Shown here: in pieces, positions 42,953-54,400 of the stretch
How the letters are laid out: the number at the start of each line of letters is the position of its first letter
Position numbering within the stretch: position 1 is the first letter of the stretch
From: Naegleria gruberi
Lineage: Eukaryota
DNA: 64,000 nt
Strand: one strand, 5' to 3'
Assembly: GCA_000004985.1 (NCBI GenBank)
Contig: GG738856.1
Program-made: the position numbers and the translations under genes
The notes under the pieces: generated by a model
Told to the model about the DNA's origin: nothing
What the model saw: the letters and a program-made list of their open reading frames with translations, nothing else
The model's database searches: none

Positions 42953-43041
42953 TGTGAGATAACAAACACCATATTTATTATCAGATTGAATCCCGCCAAA
43001 ATCCAGTAACAAAAATCATTTAAAAAAATCATTTCATTAAA

Positions 43042-44334
43042 ATGTCTTTGAATGAAGCAATCTATTATTCGTGCGAGAATGCAGAGAAGGAAACGTCATC
43101 ACAACCCACCAAGACAAAACAACAGGAAAGATTGCAAGATTTGAAGGCGTTCGATGCAGAATGTCATTATCGGAATAATAATTCATCTCATCATCATGAA
43201 GAGATTTCTAAAGGATTCATCACCCTAGATTCATCATTACTAATTAAATACAATAATAATAATAACAATAACAAATGTATAGTAGGAGAAATAATTAGTG
43301 AGGAAGAACAGGAGGGAGTGACCATCACTCTAATAGATTTTAGTAATAATATTGAAGTTGATGTTTTTGAAAAACTTGTTAGCAAGATGAGGACAAGAAA
43401 TGTTGGATTTTCCAATCAATTTATACATGTACATACCTTGATGGATTTGGGAGAAGTAGTCACAACAGGTCACGGGCCATATAATTGGCCTTATGGTGTT
43501 GCCATCTCACACAAGTGTAAATGTATTTTAATTAGTGACCAATACTCGAATAATATTAGTATCTTTGATCTGGAGAGTAAGAAACTAAAGACTAAACTAA
43601 CAACATTATTTGATCCTGGATGCTTGTGTATTGAGAGTGGAAAATCTGAACGTGATGACGATTCACTCATTGTCAGTTCCTGTAAGAATCGAGTGATATA
43701 TAAGTGGAATAATTTAGAGAGTGTGGTGATAAAAAGTATCAATAAGGAACGGATGCCACCGTTCGTTTGGAAACAAGGAGATTTCGGAACGCCTAGAGGA
43801 ATTACAATTCGCTATGAAAAGCAATCCAGTTTTAACACTATATTTGTTTGTGACAATACTAAACATAATGTAACATTACTAAACTCAGAGACTGGTCAAA
43901 TATTGAGGGCCATCAGCAAATTGGATGGTATTTACTTTGGAGAGCCATTCGGTATTGCTCTAAATAATTATGGTGACTTGATAGTAAGCGAGAAGTATTT
44001 CAATAGAGTACAAATTCTTTACCTCGATTCCAATAGTGGTGAATGGATTTCAAAAATCAAATTTGGAAGTAAGGAAGGTACACTAAAGTGTCCTAGTGGA
44101 TTACTTTTTGATAGAGTTAGAGAACAAATAATTGTTTGCGACCAAGAAAATCAGAGAATTTCAATTTACAAGGAAAATGGTGAATTGCTCACAACATTTG
44201 GTACTTTTGGTGTGTGTAAGAGCTCAAAGGATCCAAACTTACTGAATTACCCAACTACGGTTTGTCTTGATGAGAAGAGTGGAGAATTGTTTGTTGTGGA
44301 TTCGTGGAATATTCGTGTACTTGTATTCAAATAA
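43042..44334 (+). CDS. NHL-repeat (six-bladed beta-propeller) protein
   Basis: Six NHL-like blades (PYGVAISHKCKCILISDQYSNNISIFDLE; PRGITIRYEK...IFVCDNTKHNVTLLN; PFGIALNNYGDLIVSEKYFNRVQILY; PSGLLFDRVREQIIVCDQENQRISIY; PTTVCLDEKSGELFVVDSWNIRVLVF). No RING or B-box is present. Confidence 0.75.
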   Translation: MSLNEAIYYSCENAEKETSSQPTKTKQQERLQDLKAFDAECHYRNNNSSHHHEEISKGFITLDSSLLIKYNNNNNNNKCIVGEIISEEEQEGVTITLIDFSNNIEVDVFEKLVSKMRTRNVGFSNQFIHVHTLMDLGEVVTTGHGPYNWPYGVAISHKCKCILISDQYSNNISIFDLESKKLKTKLTTLFDPGCLCIESGKSERDDDSLIVSSCKNRVIYKWNNLESVVIKSINKERMPPFVWKQGDFGTPRGITIRYEKQSSFNTIFVCDNTKHNVTLLNSETGQILRAISKLDGIYFGEPFGIALNNYGDLIVSEKYFNRVQILYLDSNSGEWISKIKFGSKEGTLKCPSGLLFDRVREQIIVCDQENQRISIYKENGELLTTFGTFGVCKSSKDPNLLNYPTTVCLDEKSGELFVVDSWNIRVLVFK

Positions 44335-44444
44335 TTTATTTTTGAAATATTAATATAGAATCTATTTCAGTTAATTATTTTGTATTGTTAACAAATTGAA
44401 GAATGATATTAGAATTTACTAATTATATACATTTATTTACTGAA

Positions 44445-45641
44445 TTATTCAATTATTTCTGAAGATAATACCTTTTCTCTCTCATTCTCCACGCTCACAT
44501 TATTCAATGAAGTACTAAATTTGGATCTATAATGTTTGACAGACTCTGAAATATTCTCATTGCCATTAGAAATATTTAACATATTATCCAAAGAGTTGAC
44601 CAATCTACGAGCCACCTTATCATCAGGATTATTAGTTAAATATCCATTCAAAATATTTAAGGACTTGTTGACCTCATCCAAAGTCAAACTCTCTTGTCCG
44701 AAAATGGTGAATGCACTTTGGAAGTCTTTGAACCTTTGGTTTGCCTTGTGTTGCTCAACTTCATATAACCATTCATCACATTCAACAACATTTTCCTTGA
44801 TGATTTCATGAAGAGATGTCACTTGCTTGCCTTCCAATTCGAATCTATCAACAGGTCTTGTAACAAACAAGGAACTGGCATCTGTAATTGATTGGTCATC
44901 TGCCAATACTTTACAACCAGAATTTTTAGCAAAAAGTCCAATATTCTTTGCATTACAAGTGAGTGGACCTACAATGGAATAGCATCTCAATGAGTTATTA
45001 CCCAAATTTCCAATATTTGCGGCTCCACTAGAAATACCAATTGCATATGAAATGTTCTTTCCTGACTTGCCATGCAAATTATCCAAAACTTTGCAAATTT
45101 TGAGGGCAGATTCCATGGCTGCGATATTTGACTTTTTCTTATTGTCCACAAATGTTAATTGGAATTCTTCGACAGAAACAATTTGTAAATCTGTTACTTG
45201 CATGGTTTTAGCCAGAGTTGACAATCCAGAAGCAATCTTACCAAATAAGGAAGTTATTTCACTTGGGGAGTGAGTCTTACTGAAACCATAGAGTTTCAAA
45301 TTCAATACAGAAACTTCCTTATGCAGTGAAAGGCCCAACTTGAATAATCCTCCTGCATCCAATTTCATACTGTTCTTACTTTGTTTTGAGAAGTTAGAAT
45401 GCATTGAATTTTTGGAGTTTTGCTCTGATGAAGCCAGTGAACCACTTTCATCTCTTCTATCCACTGATGATCTTGCTTTCTTATCTTCCGTTGATGCTTC
45501 CTTATTTCCTCCTTCTTCATTCAATCCCATAGATCTTAATTGATTGAAAACGTTTTCTGGAATGAAAGATTTGAATTCATTGAGCCACTTTACCATTTCG
45601 TGTAGATCAGTATAGATGCTATCCACTTCTCTGAACTTGCT
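44445..45641 (-). CDS. partial CDS (3' part): class III adenylate/guanylate cyclase homology domain, probably catalytically degenerate; the N-terminus is lost in gap 45642..49534
   Basis: ISYAIGISSGAANIGNLGNNSLRCYSIVGPLTCNAKNIG aligns to the cyclase core RIGIHSGPVVAGVIGxxxPxYDIWGNTVNVASRMES. The canonical GDxY/metal Asp region is replaced (VEEFQL) and R is replaced by K in NAK. The ORF is uninterrupted for 1.2 kb with its stop at 44445. Confidence 0.6.
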   Translation of the reverse strand, partial: SKFREVDSIYTDLHEMVKWLNEFKSFIPENVFNQLRSMGLNEEGGNKEASTEDKKARSSVDRRDESGSLASSEQNSKNSMHSNFSKQSKNSMKLDAGGLFKLGLSLHKEVSVLNLKLYGFSKTHSPSEITSLFGKIASGLSTLAKTMQVTDLQIVSVEEFQLTFVDNKKKSNIAAMESALKICKVLDNLHGKSGKNISYAIGISSGAANIGNLGNNSLRCYSIVGPLTCNAKNIGLFAKNSGCKVLADDQSITDASSLFVTRPVDRFELEGKQVTSLHEIIKENVVECDEWLYEVEQHKANQRFKDFQSAFTIFGQESLTLDEVNKSLNILNGYLTNNPDDKVARRLVNSLDNMLNISNGNENISESVKHYRSKFSTSLNNVSVENEREKVLSSEIIE

Positions 45642-48600
45642 NNNNNNNNNNNNNNNNNNNNNNNNNNNNNNNNNNNNNNNNNNNNNNNNNNNNNNNNNNN
45701 NNNNNNNNNNNNNNNNNNNNNNNNNNNNNNNNNNNNNNNNNNNNNNNNNNNNNNNNNNNNNNNNNNNNNNNNNNNNNNNNNNNNNNNNNNNNNNNNNNNN
45801 NNNNNNNNNNNNNNNNNNNNNNNNNNNNNNNNNNNNNNNNNNNNNNNNNNNNNNNNNNNNNNNNNNNNNNNNNNNNNNNNNNNNNNNNNNNNNNNNNNNN
45901 NNNNNNNNNNNNNNNNNNNNNNNNNNNNNNNNNNNNNNNNNNNNNNNNNNNNNNNNNNNNNNNNNNNNNNNNNNNNNNNNNNNNNNNNNNNNNNNNNNNN
46001 NNNNNNNNNNNNNNNNNNNNNNNNNNNNNNNNNNNNNNNNNNNNNNNNNNNNNNNNNNNNNNNNNNNNNNNNNNNNNNNNNNNNNNNNNNNNNNNNNNNN
46101 NNNNNNNNNNNNNNNNNNNNNNNNNNNNNNNNNNNNNNNNNNNNNNNNNNNNNNNNNNNNNNNNNNNNNNNNNNNNNNNNNNNNNNNNNNNNNNNNNNNN
46201 NNNNNNNNNNNNNNNNNNNNNNNNNNNNNNNNNNNNNNNNNNNNNNNNNNNNNNNNNNNNNNNNNNNNNNNNNNNNNNNNNNNNNNNNNNNNNNNNNNNN
46301 NNNNNNNNNNNNNNNNNNNNNNNNNNNNNNNNNNNNNNNNNNNNNNNNNNNNNNNNNNNNNNNNNNNNNNNNNNNNNNNNNNNNNNNNNNNNNNNNNNNN
46401 NNNNNNNNNNNNNNNNNNNNNNNNNNNNNNNNNNNNNNNNNNNNNNNNNNNNNNNNNNNNNNNNNNNNNNNNNNNNNNNNNNNNNNNNNNNNNNNNNNNN
46501 NNNNNNNNNNNNNNNNNNNNNNNNNNNNNNNNNNNNNNNNNNNNNNNNNNNNNNNNNNNNNNNNNNNNNNNNNNNNNNNNNNNNNNNNNNNNNNNNNNNN
46601 NNNNNNNNNNNNNNNNNNNNNNNNNNNNNNNNNNNNNNNNNNNNNNNNNNNNNNNNNNNNNNNNNNNNNNNNNNNNNNNNNNNNNNNNNNNNNNNNNNNN
46701 NNNNNNNNNNNNNNNNNNNNNNNNNNNNNNNNNNNNNNNNNNNNNNNNNNNNNNNNNNNNNNNNNNNNNNNNNNNNNNNNNNNNNNNNNNNNNNNNNNNN
46801 NNNNNNNNNNNNNNNNNNNNNNNNNNNNNNNNNNNNNNNNNNNNNNNNNNNNNNNNNNNNNNNNNNNNNNNNNNNNNNNNNNNNNNNNNNNNNNNNNNNN
46901 NNNNNNNNNNNNNNNNNNNNNNNNNNNNNNNNNNNNNNNNNNNNNNNNNNNNNNNNNNNNNNNNNNNNNNNNNNNNNNNNNNNNNNNNNNNNNNNNNNNN
47001 NNNNNNNNNNNNNNNNNNNNNNNNNNNNNNNNNNNNNNNNNNNNNNNNNNNNNNNNNNNNNNNNNNNNNNNNNNNNNNNNNNNNNNNNNNNNNNNNNNNN
47101 NNNNNNNNNNNNNNNNNNNNNNNNNNNNNNNNNNNNNNNNNNNNNNNNNNNNNNNNNNNNNNNNNNNNNNNNNNNNNNNNNNNNNNNNNNNNNNNNNNNN
47201 NNNNNNNNNNNNNNNNNNNNNNNNNNNNNNNNNNNNNNNNNNNNNNNNNNNNNNNNNNNNNNNNNNNNNNNNNNNNNNNNNNNNNNNNNNNNNNNNNNNN
47301 NNNNNNNNNNNNNNNNNNNNNNNNNNNNNNNNNNNNNNNNNNNNNNNNNNNNNNNNNNNNNNNNNNNNNNNNNNNNNNNNNNNNNNNNNNNNNNNNNNNN
47401 NNNNNNNNNNNNNNNNNNNNNNNNNNNNNNNNNNNNNNNNNNNNNNNNNNNNNNNNNNNNNNNNNNNNNNNNNNNNNNNNNNNNNNNNNNNNNNNNNNNN
47501 NNNNNNNNNNNNNNNNNNNNNNNNNNNNNNNNNNNNNNNNNNNNNNNNNNNNNNNNNNNNNNNNNNNNNNNNNNNNNNNNNNNNNNNNNNNNNNNNNNNN
47601 NNNNNNNNNNNNNNNNNNNNNNNNNNNNNNNNNNNNNNNNNNNNNNNNNNNNNNNNNNNNNNNNNNNNNNNNNNNNNNNNNNNNNNNNNNNNNNNNNNNN
47701 NNNNNNNNNNNNNNNNNNNNNNNNNNNNNNNNNNNNNNNNNNNNNNNNNNNNNNNNNNNNNNNNNNNNNNNNNNNNNNNNNNNNNNNNNNNNNNNNNNNN
47801 NNNNNNNNNNNNNNNNNNNNNNNNNNNNNNNNNNNNNNNNNNNNNNNNNNNNNNNNNNNNNNNNNNNNNNNNNNNNNNNNNNNNNNNNNNNNNNNNNNNN
47901 NNNNNNNNNNNNNNNNNNNNNNNNNNNNNNNNNNNNNNNNNNNNNNNNNNNNNNNNNNNNNNNNNNNNNNNNNNNNNNNNNNNNNNNNNNNNNNNNNNNN
48001 NNNNNNNNNNNNNNNNNNNNNNNNNNNNNNNNNNNNNNNNNNNNNNNNNNNNNNNNNNNNNNNNNNNNNNNNNNNNNNNNNNNNNNNNNNNNNNNNNNNN
48101 NNNNNNNNNNNNNNNNNNNNNNNNNNNNNNNNNNNNNNNNNNNNNNNNNNNNNNNNNNNNNNNNNNNNNNNNNNNNNNNNNNNNNNNNNNNNNNNNNNNN
48201 NNNNNNNNNNNNNNNNNNNNNNNNNNNNNNNNNNNNNNNNNNNNNNNNNNNNNNNNNNNNNNNNNNNNNNNNNNNNNNNNNNNNNNNNNNNNNNNNNNNN
48301 NNNNNNNNNNNNNNNNNNNNNNNNNNNNNNNNNNNNNNNNNNNNNNNNNNNNNNNNNNNNNNNNNNNNNNNNNNNNNNNNNNNNNNNNNNNNNNNNNNNN
48401 NNNNNNNNNNNNNNNNNNNNNNNNNNNNNNNNNNNNNNNNNNNNNNNNNNNNNNNNNNNNNNNNNNNNNNNNNNNNNNNNNNNNNNNNNNNNNNNNNNNN
48501 NNNNNNNNNNNNNNNNNNNNNNNNNNNNNNNNNNNNNNNNNNNNNNNNNNNNNNNNNNNNNNNNNNNNNNNNNNNNNNNNNNNNNNNNNNNNNNNNNNNN

Positions 48601-49534
48601 NNNNNNNNNNNNNNNNNNNNNNNNNNNNNNNNNNNNNNNNNNNNNNNNNNNNNNNNNNNNNNNNNNNNNNNNNNNNNNNNNNNNNNNNNNNNNNNNNNNN
48701 NNNNNNNNNNNNNNNNNNNNNNNNNNNNNNNNNNNNNNNNNNNNNNNNNNNNNNNNNNNNNNNNNNNNNNNNNNNNNNNNNNNNNNNNNNNNNNNNNNNN
48801 NNNNNNNNNNNNNNNNNNNNNNNNNNNNNNNNNNNNNNNNNNNNNNNNNNNNNNNNNNNNNNNNNNNNNNNNNNNNNNNNNNNNNNNNNNNNNNNNNNNN
48901 NNNNNNNNNNNNNNNNNNNNNNNNNNNNNNNNNNNNNNNNNNNNNNNNNNNNNNNNNNNNNNNNNNNNNNNNNNNNNNNNNNNNNNNNNNNNNNNNNNNN
49001 NNNNNNNNNNNNNNNNNNNNNNNNNNNNNNNNNNNNNNNNNNNNNNNNNNNNNNNNNNNNNNNNNNNNNNNNNNNNNNNNNNNNNNNNNNNNNNNNNNNN
49101 NNNNNNNNNNNNNNNNNNNNNNNNNNNNNNNNNNNNNNNNNNNNNNNNNNNNNNNNNNNNNNNNNNNNNNNNNNNNNNNNNNNNNNNNNNNNNNNNNNNN
49201 NNNNNNNNNNNNNNNNNNNNNNNNNNNNNNNNNNNNNNNNNNNNNNNNNNNNNNNNNNNNNNNNNNNNNNNNNNNNNNNNNNNNNNNNNNNNNNNNNNNN
49301 NNNNNNNNNNNNNNNNNNNNNNNNNNNNNNNNNNNNNNNNNNNNNNNNNNNNNNNNNNNNNNNNNNNNNNNNNNNNNNNNNNNNNNNNNNNNNNNNNNNN
49401 NNNNNNNNNNNNNNNNNNNNNNNNNNNNNNNNNNNNNNNNNNNNNNNNNNNNNNNNNNNNNNNNNNNNNNNNNNNNNNNNNNNNNNNNNNNNNNNNNNNN
49501 NNNNNNNNNNNNNNNNNNNNNNNNNNNNNNNNNN
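45642..49534. other. assembly gap (N run, 3.9 kb)
   Basis: Contiguous N characters. Confidence 0.99.
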
Positions 49535-51436
49535 TGTTTTCCATCTGTGGAATAACTTTCACTTGCATCCAATAGAATATTTTCACAACTTGAATATGTT
49601 GTTTTTGAAGAAATTACAATTGTTGGGCGAATTGGATTTTCAGCATTTCCAATTTTGAATGATTGATAATCCTTTCCTAATTTGTTTCTATTAAACACAT
49701 TTCTATTCAACAAAATTTCTTGATCAACTTGAATAGAATGATCAGTTCCCAATTCAATAATAAAATCATTGGATGTCTTATTAGAATATCTACAAACTAC
49801 ATTAGAACCAAATGAGGAAATACTTGAAGAATCTAATAAATTGTTACAATCAACATTTAAGGATGTGAAATGATTTGGAGAGGTCATTTTGAAAAGTAAT
49901 CCATTTCCTTCATTATTGAAATGTACATTGGACATTTGAGTCATGCAATCTTCTCCATAAAATCCATCGTTGCAAGTATTACAATTAGTTCCATTCCAAT
50001 AACCGTTAGTTTCGTCTTGGAAACAAGTACAGAAACCATAGCCATCACATGTACCATGTGAATTGCATTTCAATGTAGCATTACATTTTTCAATAACTGT
50101 ACAATTAATTCCAGAGTATGGAATTTTACACTTGTCACATGTTTTTCCAACAAAGTGACCATCAATGTCATTATCAAAACATGAACAGTTATTTGGAGCA
50201 TTACATTTACCAACTCCATTGCAAACTTTCTTTGAATTCGATGAAATTCCATAGCAGATTGGATACTGACATATTGGCCCTTCGTAACCTTCCTCACAAA
50301 AACATCCAACAGTTGACATGTTGAATTTACATATACCATGTTGAGAACAAACTTTTGGATCTTTTTGTGGTAACCACATATCAACTCCTGCCTTACATAA
50401 AATCGTTTCACATTGTGGACCTATTGCTCTTCCACTTTCGGATTCCAAACAAGTGCATTGATTGGGACCTGTACATTTTCCTTGACCATTCGTGCAAACT
50501 CTAGAGTCATTATTGGATTTAAAACCAAAGCATGTATGAGAGGAACAAGTTTCTCCATCATATCCACCAAAACATTTGCATGTGTCCATGGTTGTGCATT
50601 GGCCATGGGAGGAACAAACTGATGAATTGAAAGATGGAATTCCAAAACAAGAATGGGAATCACATTTAGCCCCAAACCATTTAGGATTACACAAACAAAC
50701 ATCAGGGGAGAGGCATTTACCATGACCAGCACATACATTTGAATAGTTTGCTGGTAATCCAAAACACTTTGGAATTTCACAGAATTGTCCTGTCCAATGT
50801 GGATTGCATGAACACACATCTGTAGATACACAATCACCATTACCATTATTACAAACGTTTTGCACATCTTGTGAACTAGTTCCATTACACGAATGAACTG
50901 AACAATCAGCTCCAAACCAGCCCTTATTACAACGACAAGTGTCAGCATTAATACATTGACCATGACTTGAACAAACTGAAATATCACTGGAATTCACTGC
51001 AAAACATTTAGGAATTTCACACAATTGACCTGTCCATGTTTCATTACATAAACACAAATCTGTTCCAATGCACTGACCTCTTCCTCCATTACAAACATTT
51101 TGTAAATCTTGAGAGCTTGTTCCATTACATGAATGAATTGAACAATCAGCTCCAAACCATCCACTATTACAAGAGCATTTATCAGAGCTTATGCAATCTC
51201 CATGACCAGCACACACTTTTTTAGCAGTTGAAGCTAATCCGAAACATGTTGGAATTTCACAGAACTGGCCTGTCCAACCAGATTTACAATCACACTTATC
51301 CATTTGAATACATTCTCCATTACCCCCAGTGCACACGTGTTTTACATCTTGTGAGATTGTTCCATTACAGGAGTGAATATTACATAATGGACCAAACCAA
51401 CCTGTATTACATGGCAAGTATTAATATCAGTACAAT
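49535..51436 (-). CDS. partial CDS: tandem tenascin/laminin-type EGF-like Cys-rich repeats followed by a non-repeat segment; both ends run into gaps
   Basis: Ten or more units of CxxGWFGxxCxxHSCNGTSSQDxxNVCNGGxGxCxxxDxCxCNxxWTGQxCEIPKCFG. The repeats are also very similar at the DNA level (e.g. 50860..50940 vs 51100..51180). The C-terminal visible part (NVHFNNEGNG...SCENILLDASESYSTDGK) is non-repetitive. Confidence 0.75.
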
Positions 51437-54400
51437 ANNNNNNNNNNNNNNNNNNNNNNNNNNNNNNNNNNNNNNNNNNNNNNNNNNNNNNNNNNNNNNN
51501 NNNNNNNNNNNNNNNNNNNNNNNNNNNNNNNNNNNNNNNNNNNNNNNNNNNNNNNNNNNNNNNNNNNNNNNNNNNNNNNNNNNNNNNNNNNNNNNNNNNN
51601 NNNNNNNNNNNNNNNNNNNNNNNNNNNNNNNNNNNNNNNNNNNNNNNNNNNNNNNNNNNNNNNNNNNNNNNNNNNNNNNNNNNNNNNNNNNNNNNNNNNN
51701 NNNNNNNNNNNNNNNNNNNNNNNNNNNNNNNNNNNNNNNNNNNNNNNNNNNNNNNNNNNNNNNNNNNNNNNNNNNNNNNNNNNNNNNNNNNNNNNNNNNN
51801 NNNNNNNNNNNNNNNNNNNNNNNNNNNNNNNNNNNNNNNNNNNNNNNNNNNNNNNNNNNNNNNNNNNNNNNNNNNNNNNNNNNNNNNNNNNNNNNNNNNN
51901 NNNNNNNNNNNNNNNNNNNNNNNNNNNNNNNNNNNNNNNNNNNNNNNNNNNNNNNNNNNNNNNNNNNNNNNNNNNNNNNNNNNNNNNNNNNNNNNNNNNN
52001 NNNNNNNNNNNNNNNNNNNNNNNNNNNNNNNNNNNNNNNNNNNNNNNNNNNNNNNNNNNNNNNNNNNNNNNNNNNNNNNNNNNNNNNNNNNNNNNNNNNN
52101 NNNNNNNNNNNNNNNNNNNNNNNNNNNNNNNNNNNNNNNNNNNNNNNNNNNNNNNNNNNNNNNNNNNNNNNNNNNNNNNNNNNNNNNNNNNNNNNNNNNN
52201 NNNNNNNNNNNNNNNNNNNNNNNNNNNNNNNNNNNNNNNNNNNNNNNNNNNNNNNNNNNNNNNNNNNNNNNNNNNNNNNNNNNNNNNNNNNNNNNNNNNN
52301 NNNNNNNNNNNNNNNNNNNNNNNNNNNNNNNNNNNNNNNNNNNNNNNNNNNNNNNNNNNNNNNNNNNNNNNNNNNNNNNNNNNNNNNNNNNNNNNNNNNN
52401 NNNNNNNNNNNNNNNNNNNNNNNNNNNNNNNNNNNNNNNNNNNNNNNNNNNNNNNNNNNNNNNNNNNNNNNNNNNNNNNNNNNNNNNNNNNNNNNNNNNN
52501 NNNNNNNNNNNNNNNNNNNNNNNNNNNNNNNNNNNNNNNNNNNNNNNNNNNNNNNNNNNNNNNNNNNNNNNNNNNNNNNNNNNNNNNNNNNNNNNNNNNN
52601 NNNNNNNNNNNNNNNNNNNNNNNNNNNNNNNNNNNNNNNNNNNNNNNNNNNNNNNNNNNNNNNNNNNNNNNNNNNNNNNNNNNNNNNNNNNNNNNNNNNN
52701 NNNNNNNNNNNNNNNNNNNNNNNNNNNNNNNNNNNNNNNNNNNNNNNNNNNNNNNNNNNNNNNNNNNNNNNNNNNNNNNNNNNNNNNNNNNNNNNNNNNN
52801 NNNNNNNNNNNNNNNNNNNNNNNNNNNNNNNNNNNNNNNNNNNNNNNNNNNNNNNNNNNNNNNNNNNNNNNNNNNNNNNNNNNNNNNNNNNNNNNNNNNN
52901 NNNNNNNNNNNNNNNNNNNNNNNNNNNNNNNNNNNNNNNNNNNNNNNNNNNNNNNNNNNNNNNNNNNNNNNNNNNNNNNNNNNNNNNNNNNNNNNNNNNN
53001 NNNNNNNNNNNNNNNNNNNNNNNNNNNNNNNNNNNNNNNNNNNNNNNNNNNNNNNNNNNNNNNNNNNNNNNNNNNNNNNNNNNNNNNNNNNNNNNNNNNN
53101 NNNNNNNNNNNNNNNNNNNNNNNNNNNNNNNNNNNNNNNNNNNNNNNNNNNNNNNNNNNNNNNNNNNNNNNNNNNNNNNNNNNNNNNNNNNNNNNNNNNN
53201 NNNNNNNNNNNNNNNNNNNNNNNNNNNNNNNNNNNNNNNNNNNNNNNNNNNNNNNNNNNNNNNNNNNNNNNNNNNNNNNNNNNNNNNNNNNNNNNNNNNN
53301 NNNNNNNNNNNNNNNNNNNNNNNNNNNNNNNNNNNNNNNNNNNNNNNNNNNNNNNNNNNNNNNNNNNNNNNNNNNNNNNNNNNNNNNNNNNNNNNNNNNN
53401 NNNNNNNNNNNNNNNNNNNNNNNNNNNNNNNNNNNNNNNNNNNNNNNNNNNNNNNNNNNNNNNNNNNNNNNNNNNNNNNNNNNNNNNNNNNNNNNNNNNN
53501 NNNNNNNNNNNNNNNNNNNNNNNNNNNNNNNNNNNNNNNNNNNNNNNNNNNNNNNNNNNNNNNNNNNNNNNNNNNNNNNNNNNNNNNNNNNNNNNNNNNN
53601 NNNNNNNNNNNNNNNNNNNNNNNNNNNNNNNNNNNNNNNNNNNNNNNNNNNNNNNNNNNNNNNNNNNNNNNNNNNNNNNNNNNNNNNNNNNNNNNNNNNN
53701 NNNNNNNNNNNNNNNNNNNNNNNNNNNNNNNNNNNNNNNNNNNNNNNNNNNNNNNNNNNNNNNNNNNNNNNNNNNNNNNNNNNNNNNNNNNNNNNNNNNN
53801 NNNNNNNNNNNNNNNNNNNNNNNNNNNNNNNNNNNNNNNNNNNNNNNNNNNNNNNNNNNNNNNNNNNNNNNNNNNNNNNNNNNNNNNNNNNNNNNNNNNN
53901 NNNNNNNNNNNNNNNNNNNNNNNNNNNNNNNNNNNNNNNNNNNNNNNNNNNNNNNNNNNNNNNNNNNNNNNNNNNNNNNNNNNNNNNNNNNNNNNNNNNN
54001 NNNNNNNNNNNNNNNNNNNNNNNNNNNNNNNNNNNNNNNNNNNNNNNNNNNNNNNNNNNNNNNNNNNNNNNNNNNNNNNNNNNNNNNNNNNNNNNNNNNN
54101 NNNNNNNNNNNNNNNNNNNNNNNNNNNNNNNNNNNNNNNNNNNNNNNNNNNNNNNNNNNNNNNNNNNNNNNNNNNNNNNNNNNNNNNNNNNNNNNNNNNN
54201 NNNNNNNNNNNNNNNNNNNNNNNNNNNNNNNNNNNNNNNNNNNNNNNNNNNNNNNNNNNNNNNNNNNNNNNNNNNNNNNNNNNNNNNNNNNNNNNNNNNN
54301 NNNNNNNNNNNNNNNNNNNNNNNNNNNNNNNNNNNNNNNNNNNNNNNNNNNNNNNNNNNNNNNNNNNNNNNNNNNNNNNNNNNNNNNNNNNNNNNNNNNN

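Noticed and set aside
42307-43032. Four overlapping ORFs on both strands across 42.3-43.0 kb, and ORFs 11086..11518
   Set aside because: They are held open only by the N-gaps at 42504..42952 and 11129..11330. The flanking real sequence is non-coding-like or belongs to the LRR gene.
44445-49586. 1713-aa and 1319-aa ORFs spanning the 3.9-kb gap as if continuous
   Set aside because: Continuity through 45642..49534 is purely due to N. Only the sequenced ends (44445..45641 and 49535..51436) are reported, and they are in different frames.
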